From NCBI GenBank assembly GCA_903898185.1, contig CAIUEN010000268.1, positions 1 through 55,535 of the forward strand: a stretch of DNA of 55,535 nucleotides. The letters run 5' to 3'. The notes below the pieces were generated by a model. The model ran no database searches. It was not told the origin of the DNA and saw nothing but the letters and a program-made list of their open reading frames with translations. The position numbers and the translations under genes were made by a program. Shown here in pieces: positions 8,735-18,686 of the stretch. The stretch comes from an uncultured Verrucomicrobiales bacterium. GTDB taxonomy: Bacteria > Verrucomicrobiota > Verrucomicrobiia > Limisphaerales > Palsa-1400. Positions within the stretch are counted from its first letter, which is position 1. The number at the start of each line of letters is the position of its first letter.

Positions 8735-9090
8735 GTAACCGGACTTTCGATTTTATGCAGACGAAACCTCATGCCGGAGGCATGAAAGCCTGTAGCCGGT
8801 GGTTGAGCGAAGCGACACCACCGGTTAACGATTCAAAATAAACCGCACCCTGGCAGGGTGACAGCGGTGACAACCTTCCAAACCCATGCCTTCCACACAT
8901 ACCAGCCTGCATTATCATGTGATCTTCGCCACCAAAAACCGCGAACCTCGCCTCGGAATTCAATGGCAGGGCCAGACCAATGTCGCGCGGGGATCCGTTT
9001 CCGGTGGTGTCGCTTCGCTCAACCACCGGCTACAGGCTTTCATGCCTCCGGCATGAGGTTTCGTCTGCATAAAATCGAAAGTCCGGTTAC
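8735..9090. mobile_element. REPtron-like relic: two perfect 90-bp inverted repeats around a truncated IS200/RAYT-type gene
   Basis: 8735-8824 is the exact reverse complement of 9001-9090, checked base by base. Each arm holds two hairpins (catgcc-gga-ggcatg and ccggtggt..accaccgg). The spacer is 176 bp. Confidence 0.85.
8886..9056 (+). pseudogene. IS200/RAYT-like tyrosine transposase, N-terminal remnant
   Basis: The ORF starts MPSTHTSLHYHVIFATKNREP, the hallmark HxH-containing N-terminus of Y1 (IS200/RAYT) transposases. The remaining codons run into the right repeat arm and stop after 56 codons. Confidence 0.6.
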
Positions 9091-9253
9091 TCATTTTGAG
9101 CAACAAAGGGGAAAAATGATGATCTGCCAGCGCACGAAGTTCTCGATTCCCTGCGGAGCCAGAGGCACCGCAACAGTCAGCACAATAATCACTGCACCTC
9201 GATAACGAGGTGCTGGCAGACCAGAGGTTTACCCCACATAATGAGAATTGCTG
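9091..9253 (+). mobile_element. MITE family R2, copy A (long variant, left end truncated)
   Basis: It aligns with copies at 18554, 30556 and 47605. The left terminal repeat is cut exactly where the 90-bp repeat arm ends (9090). The right end is cataatgagaattgctg. Confidence 0.8.
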
Positions 9254-9261
9254 AGAAAGGG

Positions 9262-9708
9262 ATGGTTCGAGTTGAAATAGACACGCCGACGATAGATACT
9301 GCTATCGGCGATTCTAACTCCAATCGCGCACGTACCATGATTGCCACCGAAAACCGTCAATTTCTCCAGCGTGAACTGGTTGAGATGGATCATCTCATCG
9401 CCCTTTCGGCGGGCGATCCAGTCATGGCTCTGGCCCTGAAGAACCGTCGTGCCAACCTGGAAAGTGAGATCCAACACGCACCACCCAACCCGCCCAAGCC
9501 CCGCACCATGCTCTTTTTCGCTGGCCCGCCTGTCCTCGGCAGCCAAGGCATCGATGCGGAGTTCGCCGCCTCCGCTCTGGGCTCATTCCTGAAAATGGTC
9601 AAAACCCAGTATTCGGCCCAGAAGCACGGCAAAGTCGGCACCCGCGGTCCCCGCAAAGATGAATCCGAGGCTAAACTCCTGCCTTTCACCCGGACTAACC
9701 GCAGATGA
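9262..9708 (+). CDS. hypothetical protein, probably 3'-truncated
   Basis: The ORF begins just after MITE copy A. I recognise no family. The last codons and the stop lie inside direct repeat copy 1, so the native C-terminus was probably replaced. An alternative start is at 9337. Confidence 0.3.
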   Translation: MVRVEIDTPTIDTAIGDSNSNRARTMIATENRQFLQRELVEMDHLIALSAGDPVMALALKNRRANLESEIQHAPPNPPKPRTMLFFAGPPVLGSQGIDAEFAASALGSFLKMVKTQYSAQKHGKVGTRGPRKDESEAKLLPFTRTNRR

Positions 9709-9808
9709 CACGGATAGACACAGATGAAAACTGAAACGCAAAGACAACCAATCGACGGAATGATTTTCTTCAACATAGTATCTGTGATCATCTGCGCCAT
9801 CTGCGGTT
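9697..9808 (+). repeat. 112-bp direct repeat, copy 1 (flanks the GxxExxY cassette)
   Basis: aacc[g/a]cagatgacacggatagacacagatgaaaactgaaacgcaaagacaaccaatcg...catctgcgccatctgcggtt. It shows 5 mismatches to copy 2 in my manual alignment. Confidence 0.85.
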
Positions 9809-9829
9809 CAAACGGTTTCTCAACGATCA

Positions 9830-10231
9830 ATGAACGCAGATAATACAGATCTCACGCAAATGGTAATCGGCGCTGCCATGAAGGTTCTCAACACCCTCAA
9901 GCCTGGTCTTGACGAAAAGCTATACGAACGCGCACTTGTCATTGAACTCAGCAAGCAAAAGGTTCAATGCGAACAACAAAAATCCCACGAGGTCTTTTAT
10001 GATGGGCAACTTATAGGCAACCTCATCCCGGACCTCGTCATTGAGGGCCGCGTGATCGTCGATACCAAAGTCGTCACCGACTTCGACGACAGCCACCTCG
10101 CGCAGATGCTGGGCTACCTCAATATCACCGGACTCCAAACCGCGCTGCTTTTGAATTTCAAATACGCCAAACTCGGCATAAAACGTGTGAGCAGATTTCC
10201 AACCACAGATGACACGGATAGACACAGATGA
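9830..10231 (+). CDS. GxxExxY family protein (PD-(D/E)XK-type small nuclease-like)
   Basis: 133 aa with VIGAAMxVxNxLGxGxxEKxYExAL, DLVIEGRVIVDTK and QMLGYLNITG, the pattern of the GxxExxY family. The last ~10 codons lie in direct repeat copy 2. Confidence 0.85.
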   Translation: MNADNTDLTQMVIGAAMKVLNTLKPGLDEKLYERALVIELSKQKVQCEQQKSHEVFYDGQLIGNLIPDLVIEGRVIVDTKVVTDFDDSHLAQMLGYLNITGLQTALLLNFKYAKLGIKRVSRFPTTDDTDRHR

Positions 10232-10312
10232 AAACTGAAACGCAAAGACAACCAATCGTCCGAATGACTTTCTTCAAAATAGTATCTGTGATCATCTGCG
10301 CCATCTGCGGTT
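10201..10312 (+). repeat. 112-bp direct repeat, copy 2
   Basis: See copy 1 at 9697-9808. Confidence 0.85.
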
Positions 10313-10345
10313 ACCCCCCCCCTCTTATGTCAAGATGGCGGATGA

Positions 10346-10703
<358 letters not shown>

Positions 10704-10829
10704 AAATAGTTCAAGAAGTGTTCAATGTCAGTGCGCATTCCTATTACGTGGATACGGAGGATTGAACACCCCATTATGTGGTAGTTTTCAACTTTACTTC
10801 CCCAGCCAATTGTTGTTTTCTTCGCGCGC

Positions 10830-13800
10830 ATGTATTTGAAGAATTTAACGATGCTCGGGTTCAAGTCGTTCGCCGATAAAACGTCGTTGAACTTTCAACC
10901 TGGAGTAACGGCTGTTGTCGGTCCCAATGGATGTGGCAAGTCCAATGTTTCGGACGCCATTCGGTGGGTTTTGGGCGAGCAGTCTGCCAAGGCCTTGCGT
11001 GGCGGTGAGATGGCCGACATCATTTTCAACGGCGCGGACTCCCGCAAACCGCTTGGGCTGGCTGAAGTGTCGCTGACCATCGGCGGGGTGGATCAGGAGC
11101 ATCTGTCGGCGGCGGGAGTCGAAGTGGCCTACAACGAGGTGACGCTGACCCGGCGGGTATTTCGCGACGGTGGCAGCGAGTATTTTATCAACAAAACCGC
11201 CTGCCGCCTCAAAGACATCCAGCAGCTTTTCATGGATACGGGTGTTGGCCGTACCAGTTACAGCATCATGGCGCAGGGGAACATCACCCAAATCCTATCG
11301 AGTCGTCCCGAAGATCGCCGCATGATTTTTGAGGAAGCGGCCGGGATCACAAAATTCAAGTCGCAAAAGAAGGAGTCGCTGCGCAAGTTGGAGTACACCG
11401 AGCAAAACCTGCTGCGTGTGGCCGACCTGATCAAGGAGGTCAAGCGGCAGATCGGTTCGTTGCAGCGTCAGGCCGGGAAAGCGCGGCGTTACAAGCAACT
11501 GATCACGGAGTTGCAGCACTTGGATACCCAGTTGGCCCGGCATCAATTTGATATCTTGCAAACCGAGATTGGCGCGCGGCAGACGCAGATCGAGAAGCTG
11601 CGCACCGACATGGAGATTTCCTCGGAGTCCGTCCTTCGCGGTGAAAACGAAATCGGCCAGTTGCGTGAACGATTGACTGAACTCGAACAGCAGATCAACC
11701 GTTCGCAGCAGCAAGGGTTGGAACTTAAGAGCCAGATCGACCGTCACGAAAGCCGAATTCATTTCAACGACGAACGGTTGCGCGAGTTGGAATCCCAGAA
11801 CAGCCGTGCCACGGCAGATATAGTAGAGGCTGAAGAACGCAAGCTCATCGCCGAGCAGGAACTGGCGCAGGTGTCCGAGCGCATGGAAGTGCTGGCAGCT
11901 TCGGTGCGTGAACACCAATTGACCATCGAGACCAAACGGGCTGCGATGCAGTCGGTTGAAAACGATTTGCGATCCCGGCAGGAGAGCTTGCGACAACGGC
12001 AGGCAGAGTCGTTTTCGTCGGCGCAACAATTAAGCAGGGTTCGGAACGAGATCAACGCGTTGGATCTGCAAAAAGAAGGGAACGCCGTCCGATTGGAAAA
12101 GCTTTCAGCTGAGAAAGTGCAGTTGGAGGAGGAACGCCTTCGGCTCGAACAGCGGTTGGAGCAGTTCTCGGCGAGTGTCGAGCAGGAGATTCTCAATGTC
12201 CAAACTCATCGGGGCACAGTTGAAGAGCGTCAGACCCGCCTGCGCGAAATTCAAGTGCAATTGAACGGGGCCACGCAGGAGTTGGATCAATCTTTGCGCC
12301 AGCAAGCCGAGAAACGCTCTCGCCTGCACATTCTGGAACAATTGCAATCCGAGCACGAAGGCTTCAGCACCGGCGCTCTGGCGGCGCTCAAGACAGCGCA
12401 AAACGTCCTCGGCTCGCTTCCCGACAAAATCAAGGTTCCTGATCAATACGTGCAAGCGATCGAGTGCGCGTTGGGAACCAACTTGCAGCTTGTTTTGACA
12501 GAACAACCCGGGGCGGCCTTGAGCATCCTGGACGATCTGCGGAACAATAAGAAGGGCAGAGCGAGCATTGCGGCGCTGGGGCTGTCTTCCAGCAATGGGC
12601 ATTTATCGGCCGAGGATTTTAACCAAATTCTCGCAAACAGCCCCTCGGCTAATGGAGCGGTTCACGCCATGAGCGTGATCGAGGCCGAGGATTCGGTGCA
12701 GCCGTTGATCAAGCGGTTGTTGGGGCGCACTGTCATTGTCGCCGATCTGGCTGCGGCCGACGCGGTGTGGCGCGAATCCAACGGAGCGCTGGACTTTGTC
12801 ACACAAACGGGCGAATTGCTCAATCGTTATGGCGTTTTCAGTGGCGGCGCTTCCACTGGCAACAATTCCGGGAAAGCCACTTCTATTCTGGGCCGCAAAA
12901 ATCAGATTGAAGAACTGAACCGGAACATCGCCGTCTTGCAGGATCAGATCAATGACATGAGCCGTCGAAAAGGCGCGCTGCTCAGCGAGCAAACTGAACT
13001 GCAGGCCAGTTTGCAGGAGGCGCAGACGGAACTGCGGACCAAGGAGGTCGCCATCGCCACGCACAAAGGCGAGTTCAATGCCTTGCAGAACTCCATGCGC
13101 GTGCTCCAGCAAAAAATCGAGACCGTGGTTTACGAAATTTCCAGTCTCTCTGCGCAGGAACAGGAGGGCTTGCAGAAGCGCGCCGGAATGAGCGCGCGCA
13201 TTGGCGAACTCGAAATCCGCGAGCACGAATTGCAGAGCGCTGTCAGCGAACTCACGGCGTCGCTGGATGAGCTTCGTCAAGACCGCGAGTCCGCCAACGC
13301 CGCCCTCACAGAGACGAAGATCGCAATGGCCACCGACCAGCAGTTGCTTGTTTCGTTCAACAACCAACAACGGCCGTTGCAGCAGCGAATTCAGGAGATG
13401 GGCAATCTGGCTGTTCAGCGTCGCAACGAAATCCGGTTGTTTGTAGAGCGCAAAGCTCAGGCTGAGGTTGAAAATGCCGAGTCGCATCAGATGATCGACT
13501 CGCTTCGACACCGGCGCGACCAGGTGAATCAGCAGACGGTCGAGATCCAGACTCAAAAGGATGCTCAGGAACAGCAGGTGCATAGTTCCGAGGACCAGTT
13601 GCGCGAGAGGCGGCGCTCACTGACCGAGATGCAGGGACAGCGCGGAACCATTGAAGTCGAGCTGGCGCAGAAGGAGATGGTAGTGCAGAACTTGCGAGAT
13701 CGTGTCCGCGAGAAATACCAGGTCAACCTGGACGATATCCGTAGCGAGTGCATCACCATTACCATTGCCGATGAAGGCCAGCCCAAGATACAGACGTTGA

Positions 13801-14603
13801 CACCGGATGAAATGGCCGCCTCCGGGACGGCGACCGACTGGGCTGCTGTAACCGAGCAGGTTTCGTTGTTGCAGACGCGCATTGATGAAATCGGCCCTGT
13901 CAACTTGGTGGCAATCGAAGAATACGAGGAAACCGAACAGCGTTACACCTTCCTGACCAAGCAGAATGACGACCTGGTACAGGCAAAAGTACAGTTGCTC
14001 GAAGTGATCAACCGAATCAATACGCAGACCAAGCAGATGTTTCTGGAAACATTTGAGAAGGTCCGCGACAATTTCAGGCTGATGTTTGTCGAGATTTTCG
14101 GCGGCGGCAAGGCCGACCTGATTCTGGCCGACCTGGGAGATGTGCTGGAGAGCGGCATTGACATCGTCGCCCGCCCTCCCGGCAAGCAGTTGCAGAGCAT
14201 TACCCTCCTGTCCGGAGGAGAACAGACCATGACTGCGGTCGCGTTGCTATTCTCGATTTACCAGGTCAAGCCAAGCCCGTTTTGTGTTCTTGACGAATTG
14301 GACGCCCCGCTCGATGAATCGAACATCAACCGCTTTATCCGAGTGTTGCAACGGTTCTTGGCGCATTCGCAATTCATCATCATCACGCACAACAAGCGGA
14401 CGATTGCGATTGCTGACGTTCTCTACGGTGTAACCATGCAGGAGCACGGCGTCAGCAAGATCGTTGGCGTCAAGTTCCACAAAGCGGATGAAACGGTTAC
14501 CGATCACAAGCCGCAAACCATCGAGACGCCAGTGGCGGTAAAATCTGTTGAAGAAGAGGAAGACAAAATGCTACCCAAAAGCGAGACAATAGAGGTAGAA
14601 TAA
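10830..14603 (+). CDS. smc: chromosome segregation protein SMC
   Basis: 1257 aa with N-terminal Walker A GPNGCGKSN, long coiled coils, a hinge, and C-terminal LSGGEQ plus Walker B FCVLDELDAPLD. Confidence 0.97.
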   Translation: MYLKNLTMLGFKSFADKTSLNFQPGVTAVVGPNGCGKSNVSDAIRWVLGEQSAKALRGGEMADIIFNGADSRKPLGLAEVSLTIGGVDQEHLSAAGVEVAYNEVTLTRRVFRDGGSEYFINKTACRLKDIQQLFMDTGVGRTSYSIMAQGNITQILSSRPEDRRMIFEEAAGITKFKSQKKESLRKLEYTEQNLLRVADLIKEVKRQIGSLQRQAGKARRYKQLITELQHLDTQLARHQFDILQTEIGARQTQIEKLRTDMEISSESVLRGENEIGQLRERLTELEQQINRSQQQGLELKSQIDRHESRIHFNDERLRELESQNSRATADIVEAEERKLIAEQELAQVSERMEVLAASVREHQLTIETKRAAMQSVENDLRSRQESLRQRQAESFSSAQQLSRVRNEINALDLQKEGNAVRLEKLSAEKVQLEEERLRLEQRLEQFSASVEQEILNVQTHRGTVEERQTRLREIQVQLNGATQELDQSLRQQAEKRSRLHILEQLQSEHEGFSTGALAALKTAQNVLGSLPDKIKVPDQYVQAIECALGTNLQLVLTEQPGAALSILDDLRNNKKGRASIAALGLSSSNGHLSAEDFNQILANSPSANGAVHAMSVIEAEDSVQPLIKRLLGRTVIVADLAAADAVWRESNGALDFVTQTGELLNRYGVFSGGASTGNNSGKATSILGRKNQIEELNRNIAVLQDQINDMSRRKGALLSEQTELQASLQEAQTELRTKEVAIATHKGEFNALQNSMRVLQQKIETVVYEISSLSAQEQEGLQKRAGMSARIGELEIREHELQSAVSELTASLDELRQDRESANAALTETKIAMATDQQLLVSFNNQQRPLQQRIQEMGNLAVQRRNEIRLFVERKAQAEVENAESHQMIDSLRHRRDQVNQQTVEIQTQKDAQEQQVHSSEDQLRERRRSLTEMQGQRGTIEVELAQKEMVVQNLRDRVREKYQVNLDDIRSECITITIADEGQPKIQTLTPDEMAASGTATDWAAVTEQVSLLQTRIDEIGPVNLVAIEEYEETEQRYTFLTKQNDDLVQAKVQLLEVINRINTQTKQMFLETFEKVRDNFRLMFVEIFGGGKADLILADLGDVLESGIDIVARPPGKQLQSITLLSGGEQTMTAVALLFSIYQVKPSPFCVLDELDAPLDESNINRFIRVLQRFLAHSQFIIITHNKRTIAIADVLYGVTMQEHGVSKIVGVKFHKADETVTDHKPQTIETPVAVKSVEEEEDKMLPKSETIEVE

Positions 14604-14607
14604 AAAT

Positions 14608-15138
14608 ATGACAACAAACGTTAAACGAAAGTATCCTTTCTCTTGGAACCTGATTGGTGATATTGACTTGGGCCGACCCAATTTGGGCAAATACACGCGG
14701 CTTGAGGTTTATCGACTCATGCAATTCACTTTCCGCGACGTGATTGAACAACGGTACGGCAGCCAGGCAACCGACGAGATTTTCTACGAAGCTGGAAAAC
14801 TGGCTGGGATGGCGTTCTACAAAAATGTTGTTGGCAATGTGTCGGATTACAACGCGTTTGTGCGCCGGTTGCAGGATGTTCTCAAAGAGATGGGAATCGG
14901 GATCTTGCGCATTGAAAAGGCCGATTTGGAGAAGGGAGATTTCGTGATGGCGGTTTCTGAAGATTTGGACTGTTCCGGGTTGCCAGAATTGGATTTTGAG
15001 ATTTGCACTTACGATGAAGGTTTTATTTCCGCGCTGATGGAGTCCTTTACTGGCAAGCAATTTAAAGTTAAGGAAGTGGACTGCTGGTGTACCGGGGATC
15101 GAACCTGTCGTTTCACTGCAAAAGCGGTTGCCTCATAG
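14608..15138 (+). CDS. V4R domain protein
   Basis: 176 aa. The C-terminal ...VKEVDCWCTGDRTCRFTAKAV matches the Cys-containing end of V4R (4-vinyl-reductase-like) ligand-binding domains. It starts 4 nt after the smc stop and ends 9 nt before the kinase gene. Confidence 0.7.
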   Translation: MTTNVKRKYPFSWNLIGDIDLGRPNLGKYTRLEVYRLMQFTFRDVIEQRYGSQATDEIFYEAGKLAGMAFYKNVVGNVSDYNAFVRRLQDVLKEMGIGILRIEKADLEKGDFVMAVSEDLDCSGLPELDFEICTYDEGFISALMESFTGKQFKVKEVDCWCTGDRTCRFTAKAVAS

Positions 15139-15147
15139 GACAATTTA

Positions 15148-17610
15148 ATGAGCGACACTGCAAACACCAGCGGCATAACCGGCGGAGACGGTTCATCTGA
15201 AGCGATGTTGGAAGCTGCTTTGCAGGCGGTACAGCATCTCATTCGCACCGGGCAGCTACCGCCCAATGTGCCGGATGCCCTCAAGACAAACGAGCGCTTT
15301 CAGTCGATCACGTCCAACCTGTCTGGGGTGCAGCAATTCGGTCTGGCTATTTCCAACGGTGATTTATCCAGCACATTGAGAATCGGAGGAATGCTGGCGG
15401 GCTGTCTGAAAAACCTGCAAGCCAGTTTGAGACATCTGACATGGCAGACCCAAATGGTGGCGCAAGGGGATTTCACCCAGCACATTGATTTTCTGGGGGA
15501 CTTTTCCCTGGCGTTTAACACGATGGTGTACCGCCTTCGCGAGGCGCGCGACCAACTTAAGCAGCATGAGACGGAACTCATCAATATCAACCGTAACCTC
15601 GAAGAAGCCACCGCCCGGGCTAACGAGATGGCGACCCATGCCAAGTTGGCCAGCGCCGCCAAGAGCGAGTTCCTGGCCAATATGAGCCATGAAATCCGCA
15701 CCCCCATGAACGGCGTTCTGGGCATGGTCGGTTTGTTGCTGGATACAAACCTGTCCGAGGAGCAGCGCCGTTACGCCCAGACCGCTCGCGCCAGCGGCCA
15801 GGCTCTCTTGGCCCTGCTCAATGACATTTTGGATTTTTCCAAGATTGAGGCTGGGAAACTTGAGCTGGAAACCCAGAATTTTAGTTTGCACCGATTGATG
15901 GACGATTTCGTCGGGATGATGGCATTGCGGGCTCATGAAAAAGGATTGCTGCTGGCTTGCGTGACGGCGCCTGAAGTTCCTGCCGATGTCAAAGGTGATC
16001 CGGGACGCTTGCGGCAGATTCTTATCAACTTAACCGCCAACGCAATCAAGTTCACAACACGGGGCGAAGTCGTCATCCGCGTGAGTGTAGTTTCGGAAAC
16101 ATCGGGCGAAGTTCGGCTGCGGTTTGCCGTGCATGACACCGGCATCGGCATTCCTGCGGACAAGTTCCGACGGCTCTTTGAGAAGTTCTCCCAAGTCGAT
16201 GCCTCAACGACGCGCACCTATGGCGGCACGGGGTTGGGCTTGGCGATTTCCAAGCAACTGACGGAAATGATGGGCGGTGAGATCGGAGTTCAGAGCGAGG
16301 CGGGCAAGGGCTCGGAATTCTGGTTTACGGCGCTCTTGGCCAAAAAACCCTCCCGCGATCCTACAGCGGTGACAGAGGCGGCGTACCTGCGCGGAGTGCG
16401 TGTATTGGTTGTCGATGGTCATCCCGTCAATCGGGAGGTTCTCATGGTTTTACTTAAGTCTTGGGGCATGCGATCCGCCGAAGCCGCCGATGGCCCTTCT
16501 GCCCTGCAGTCGCTAACTCAAGCTCAAGCCGCGGGGGATCCTTTCACAGTCGCCATTGTGGATATGCAGATGCCCGGCATGGATGGAAAATCACTGGGCC
16601 TCGCCATCAATGCTTATCCCAGCCTTAAGAATACACGCTTGGTAATGTGCGTATCCCTGGGCCAAATGAGTAACGATCAAGAACTCAAAGAAATTGGCTT
16701 TCCCCCCACTCTAACCAAACCTGTTCGGCGACAGGAATTGTTTGACACACTCATTGCTGTCATCAGTGGCAAAGAAGTCGCCTCATCCCAGATAATATCG
16801 ACGCCCGGTTCCTCATTTGGGCAAAGTGTAAACCATGTTCGCATTCTAATTGCCGAGGACAACATTACCAACCAGCAAGTCGCGGTGGGCATTCTCACAA
16901 AACTGGGGTTCAGAGTCGAAGTCGCAGCCAATGGCGCGGAGGCTGTCAAGGCGCTGGAAACGCTGCCTTATGACCTGGTGCTGATGGACGTGCAAATGCC
17001 AGAAATGGATGGTCTTGATGCGACCAGAGCCATCCGCAATCCGCAATCGCGTGTTCTCAACCACCAGATAGCCATTATCGCCATGACCGCCCATGCCATG
17101 CATGGCGACCGCGAGAAATGTCTGCGGGCGGGCATGGACGATTACCTCACCAAGCCAATCGAACTAAGGGCTTTGCTTGCTATCCTGAAAAAGTGGCTCA
17201 AACCAAAAGGCGAAGTGGATCAACCCGTGGCCAGCAAGCCTGAAGAAAGAGTCGGCATCTCCAACCTTACAAAGAAATTTGCTATTTTCGATCGTGCGGC
17301 ATTCATGAATCGAGTGATGGATGACAAGGAATTGGCTCGGAGAATCCTCGATGGCTTCCTGGGGGAACTGCCAGGCCAAATTACGCTGTTGAAGAACCAT
17401 CTGGCGGCGGGCGATGCCCGCCTTGTAGAACAGCAAGCCCACAAAATCAAAGGTGCCTGCGCCACAGTGGGAGGCGAAGCTTTGCGCGCCGTCGCCTGGG
17501 CGATGGAGCAAGCCGGCAAAGTCGGAGATCTGAATGCGGCCAGGGCACATGAAACCGATCTGGACGCGCGGTTCGAGGCTCTCAAAGAGGCGCTGAAGAA
17601 CAACCTATGA
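15148..17610 (+). CDS. hybrid sensor histidine kinase / response regulator with HPt domain
   Basis: 820 aa with no N-terminal TM segment by eye. It has a HAMP-like segment, H-box [11 protein letters not shown]-box [10 protein letters not shown], two receiver domains ([18 protein letters not shown]) and a C-terminal HPt ([11 protein letters not shown]). Confidence 0.92.
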   Translation: MSDTANTSGITGGDGSSEAMLEAALQAVQHLIRTGQLPPNVPDALKTNERFQSITSNLSGVQQFGLAISNGDLSSTLRIGGMLAGCLKNLQASLRHLTWQTQMVAQGDFTQHIDFLGDFSLAFNTMVYRLREARDQLKQHETELININRNLEEATARANEMATHAKLASAAKSEFLANMSHEIRTPMNGVLGMVGLLLDTNLSEEQRRYAQTARASGQALLALLNDILDFSKIEAGKLELETQNFSLHRLMDDFVGMMALRAHEKGLLLACVTAPEVPADVKGDPGRLRQILINLTANAIKFTTRGEVVIRVSVVSETSGEVRLRFAVHDTGIGIPADKFRRLFEKFSQVDASTTRTYGGTGLGLAISKQLTEMMGGEIGVQSEAGKGSEFWFTALLAKKPSRDPTAVTEAAYLRGVRVLVVDGHPVNREVLMVLLKSWGMRSAEAADGPSALQSLTQAQAAGDPFTVAIVDMQMPGMDGKSLGLAINAYPSLKNTRLVMCVSLGQMSNDQELKEIGFPPTLTKPVRRQELFDTLIAVISGKEVASSQIISTPGSSFGQSVNHVRILIAEDNITNQQVAVGILTKLGFRVEVAANGAEAVKALETLPYDLVLMDVQMPEMDGLDATRAIRNPQSRVLNHQIAIIAMTAHAMHGDREKCLRAGMDDYLTKPIELRALLAILKKWLKPKGEVDQPVASKPEERVGISNLTKKFAIFDRAAFMNRVMDDKELARRILDGFLGELPGQITLLKNHLAAGDARLVEQQAHKIKGACATVGGEALRAVAWAMEQAGKVGDLNAARAHETDLDARFEALKEALKNNL

Positions 17611-17641
17611 ACTGGAACAATATGGTAACTGGTCAGGTCAG

Positions 17642-17708
17642 AAGGAGAAATTAGAGGCTCGCTGACGCTCGCCGGAGAGAGGGGCACAGGCAAGGATGCC
17701 TATGCTAC
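17642..17708 (+). repeat. REP-like element R1, copy 2
   Basis: It aligns with 4151-4217 with a few substitutions. It is intergenic between the kinase gene and radC. Confidence 0.85.
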
Positions 17709-17764
17709 CTGCACAGCGGAATTGAGGTTGCCCAACGCTGCAATTACCGCTACAACCGTTGCGC

Positions 17765-18472
17765 ATGGGAAATTTCCTCATTCGCGACATGCCCGAGGGC
17801 GAACGCCCTCGCGAGCGGTTGCGTGAACTCGGCGCGGACGCGTTGAGAAACGCCGAATTGATTGCCATCCTTCTGCGCACCGGCATGAAGGGTATTTCAG
17901 CCATCCAGATTGCCGAGCAACTCCTGCAAAAATTCGTGACCCTCGAAGCCTTGGCTCGCGCCCCACTGGATCAGTTGTGCCACGTCAAAGGAATCGGCCC
18001 AGATAAGGCAATTGCCCTCAAGAGCGCCTTCACCCTTGCCAAACGCATGGCACAGGAAATTCACGGCGCTGCGCCGCTGCTTGATACGCCCGAACGAATC
18101 GCCGACTTTTTGCGCGAGGACAATCGGCTCTACGAGGTCGAGCATTTCCAAGTGATTCTGCTCAACACGCGCCGGCGGCTGATTCGGCATGAGATCATCT
18201 CCCAAGGGCTGCTGGACCAGGTGTTGGTGCATCCGCGCGAGGTCTTCAAACTGGCCATCAACGCCAACGCCGCCGCAGTTGTTCTGGCGCACAATCATCC
18301 CAGCGGCGATCCCACACCCTCTGAGGCAGATGTCAAAGTCACTCGTGACGTAATCAGAGCCGGAGATCTGCTGCGAATCCAAGTGCTCGACCACGTCGTC
18401 ATAGGCCGACGAAACGAGGCCACAGGCAAGGATTATGCGTCGCTACGGGAATTGGGTTATTTTTACACATAA
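17765..18472 (+). CDS. radC: RadC-family JAMM protein
   Basis: It has MGNFLIRDMPEGERPRERL, a helix-hairpin-helix region and the JAMM motif HNHPSGDPTPSxxD. An ATG at 17765 is preferred over the TTG at 17759. Confidence 0.92.
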   Translation: MGNFLIRDMPEGERPRERLRELGADALRNAELIAILLRTGMKGISAIQIAEQLLQKFVTLEALARAPLDQLCHVKGIGPDKAIALKSAFTLAKRMAQEIHGAAPLLDTPERIADFLREDNRLYEVEHFQVILLNTRRRLIRHEIISQGLLDQVLVHPREVFKLAINANAAAVVLAHNHPSGDPTPSEADVKVTRDVIRAGDLLRIQVLDHVVIGRRNEATGKDYASLRELGYFYT

Positions 18473-18553
18473 GAATCATAACGCATGTTCTATGCCGTTT
18501 CTGTATCAATGTGCCACGATTACACATTCGTCGATTTGAATGAGATGAGCGGT

Positions 18554-18686
18554 CAGCAATTCTCATTTCGAGCAAGGAAGGAAAAAAACGCTGATCTGCC
18601 GACGCATGAAGTATTCGACTCCCTGCGGAGCCAGAGGCACCGCAACCGGCAGACCAGAGGTCTGCCCCACATAATGAGAATTGCTG
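18554..18686 (+). mobile_element. MITE family R2, copy B (short variant, complete)
   Basis: It has 14-bp terminal inverted repeats, cagcaattctcatt and aatgagaattgctg. The flanking 10-mers are gatgagcggt (18544-18553) and gatgatcggt (18687-18696), 9/10 identical. The core is a double hairpin, gcggagcc-aga-ggcaccgc and ggcagacc-aga-ggtctgcc. Confidence 0.85.

Noticed and set aside
8496-8735. A minus-strand reading frame (..GHTPQRRNGAPIKVGTDGGVDPVISRTFAGKTETEMQQTEVLTKIAQAGLRAIRED..) considered as an integrase or RAYT C-terminal remnant.
   Set aside because: There is only a vague resemblance (RTFA..AQAG). Spacing does not fit the tyrosine recombinase box II region, and the orientation does not match the RAYT N-terminal relic.
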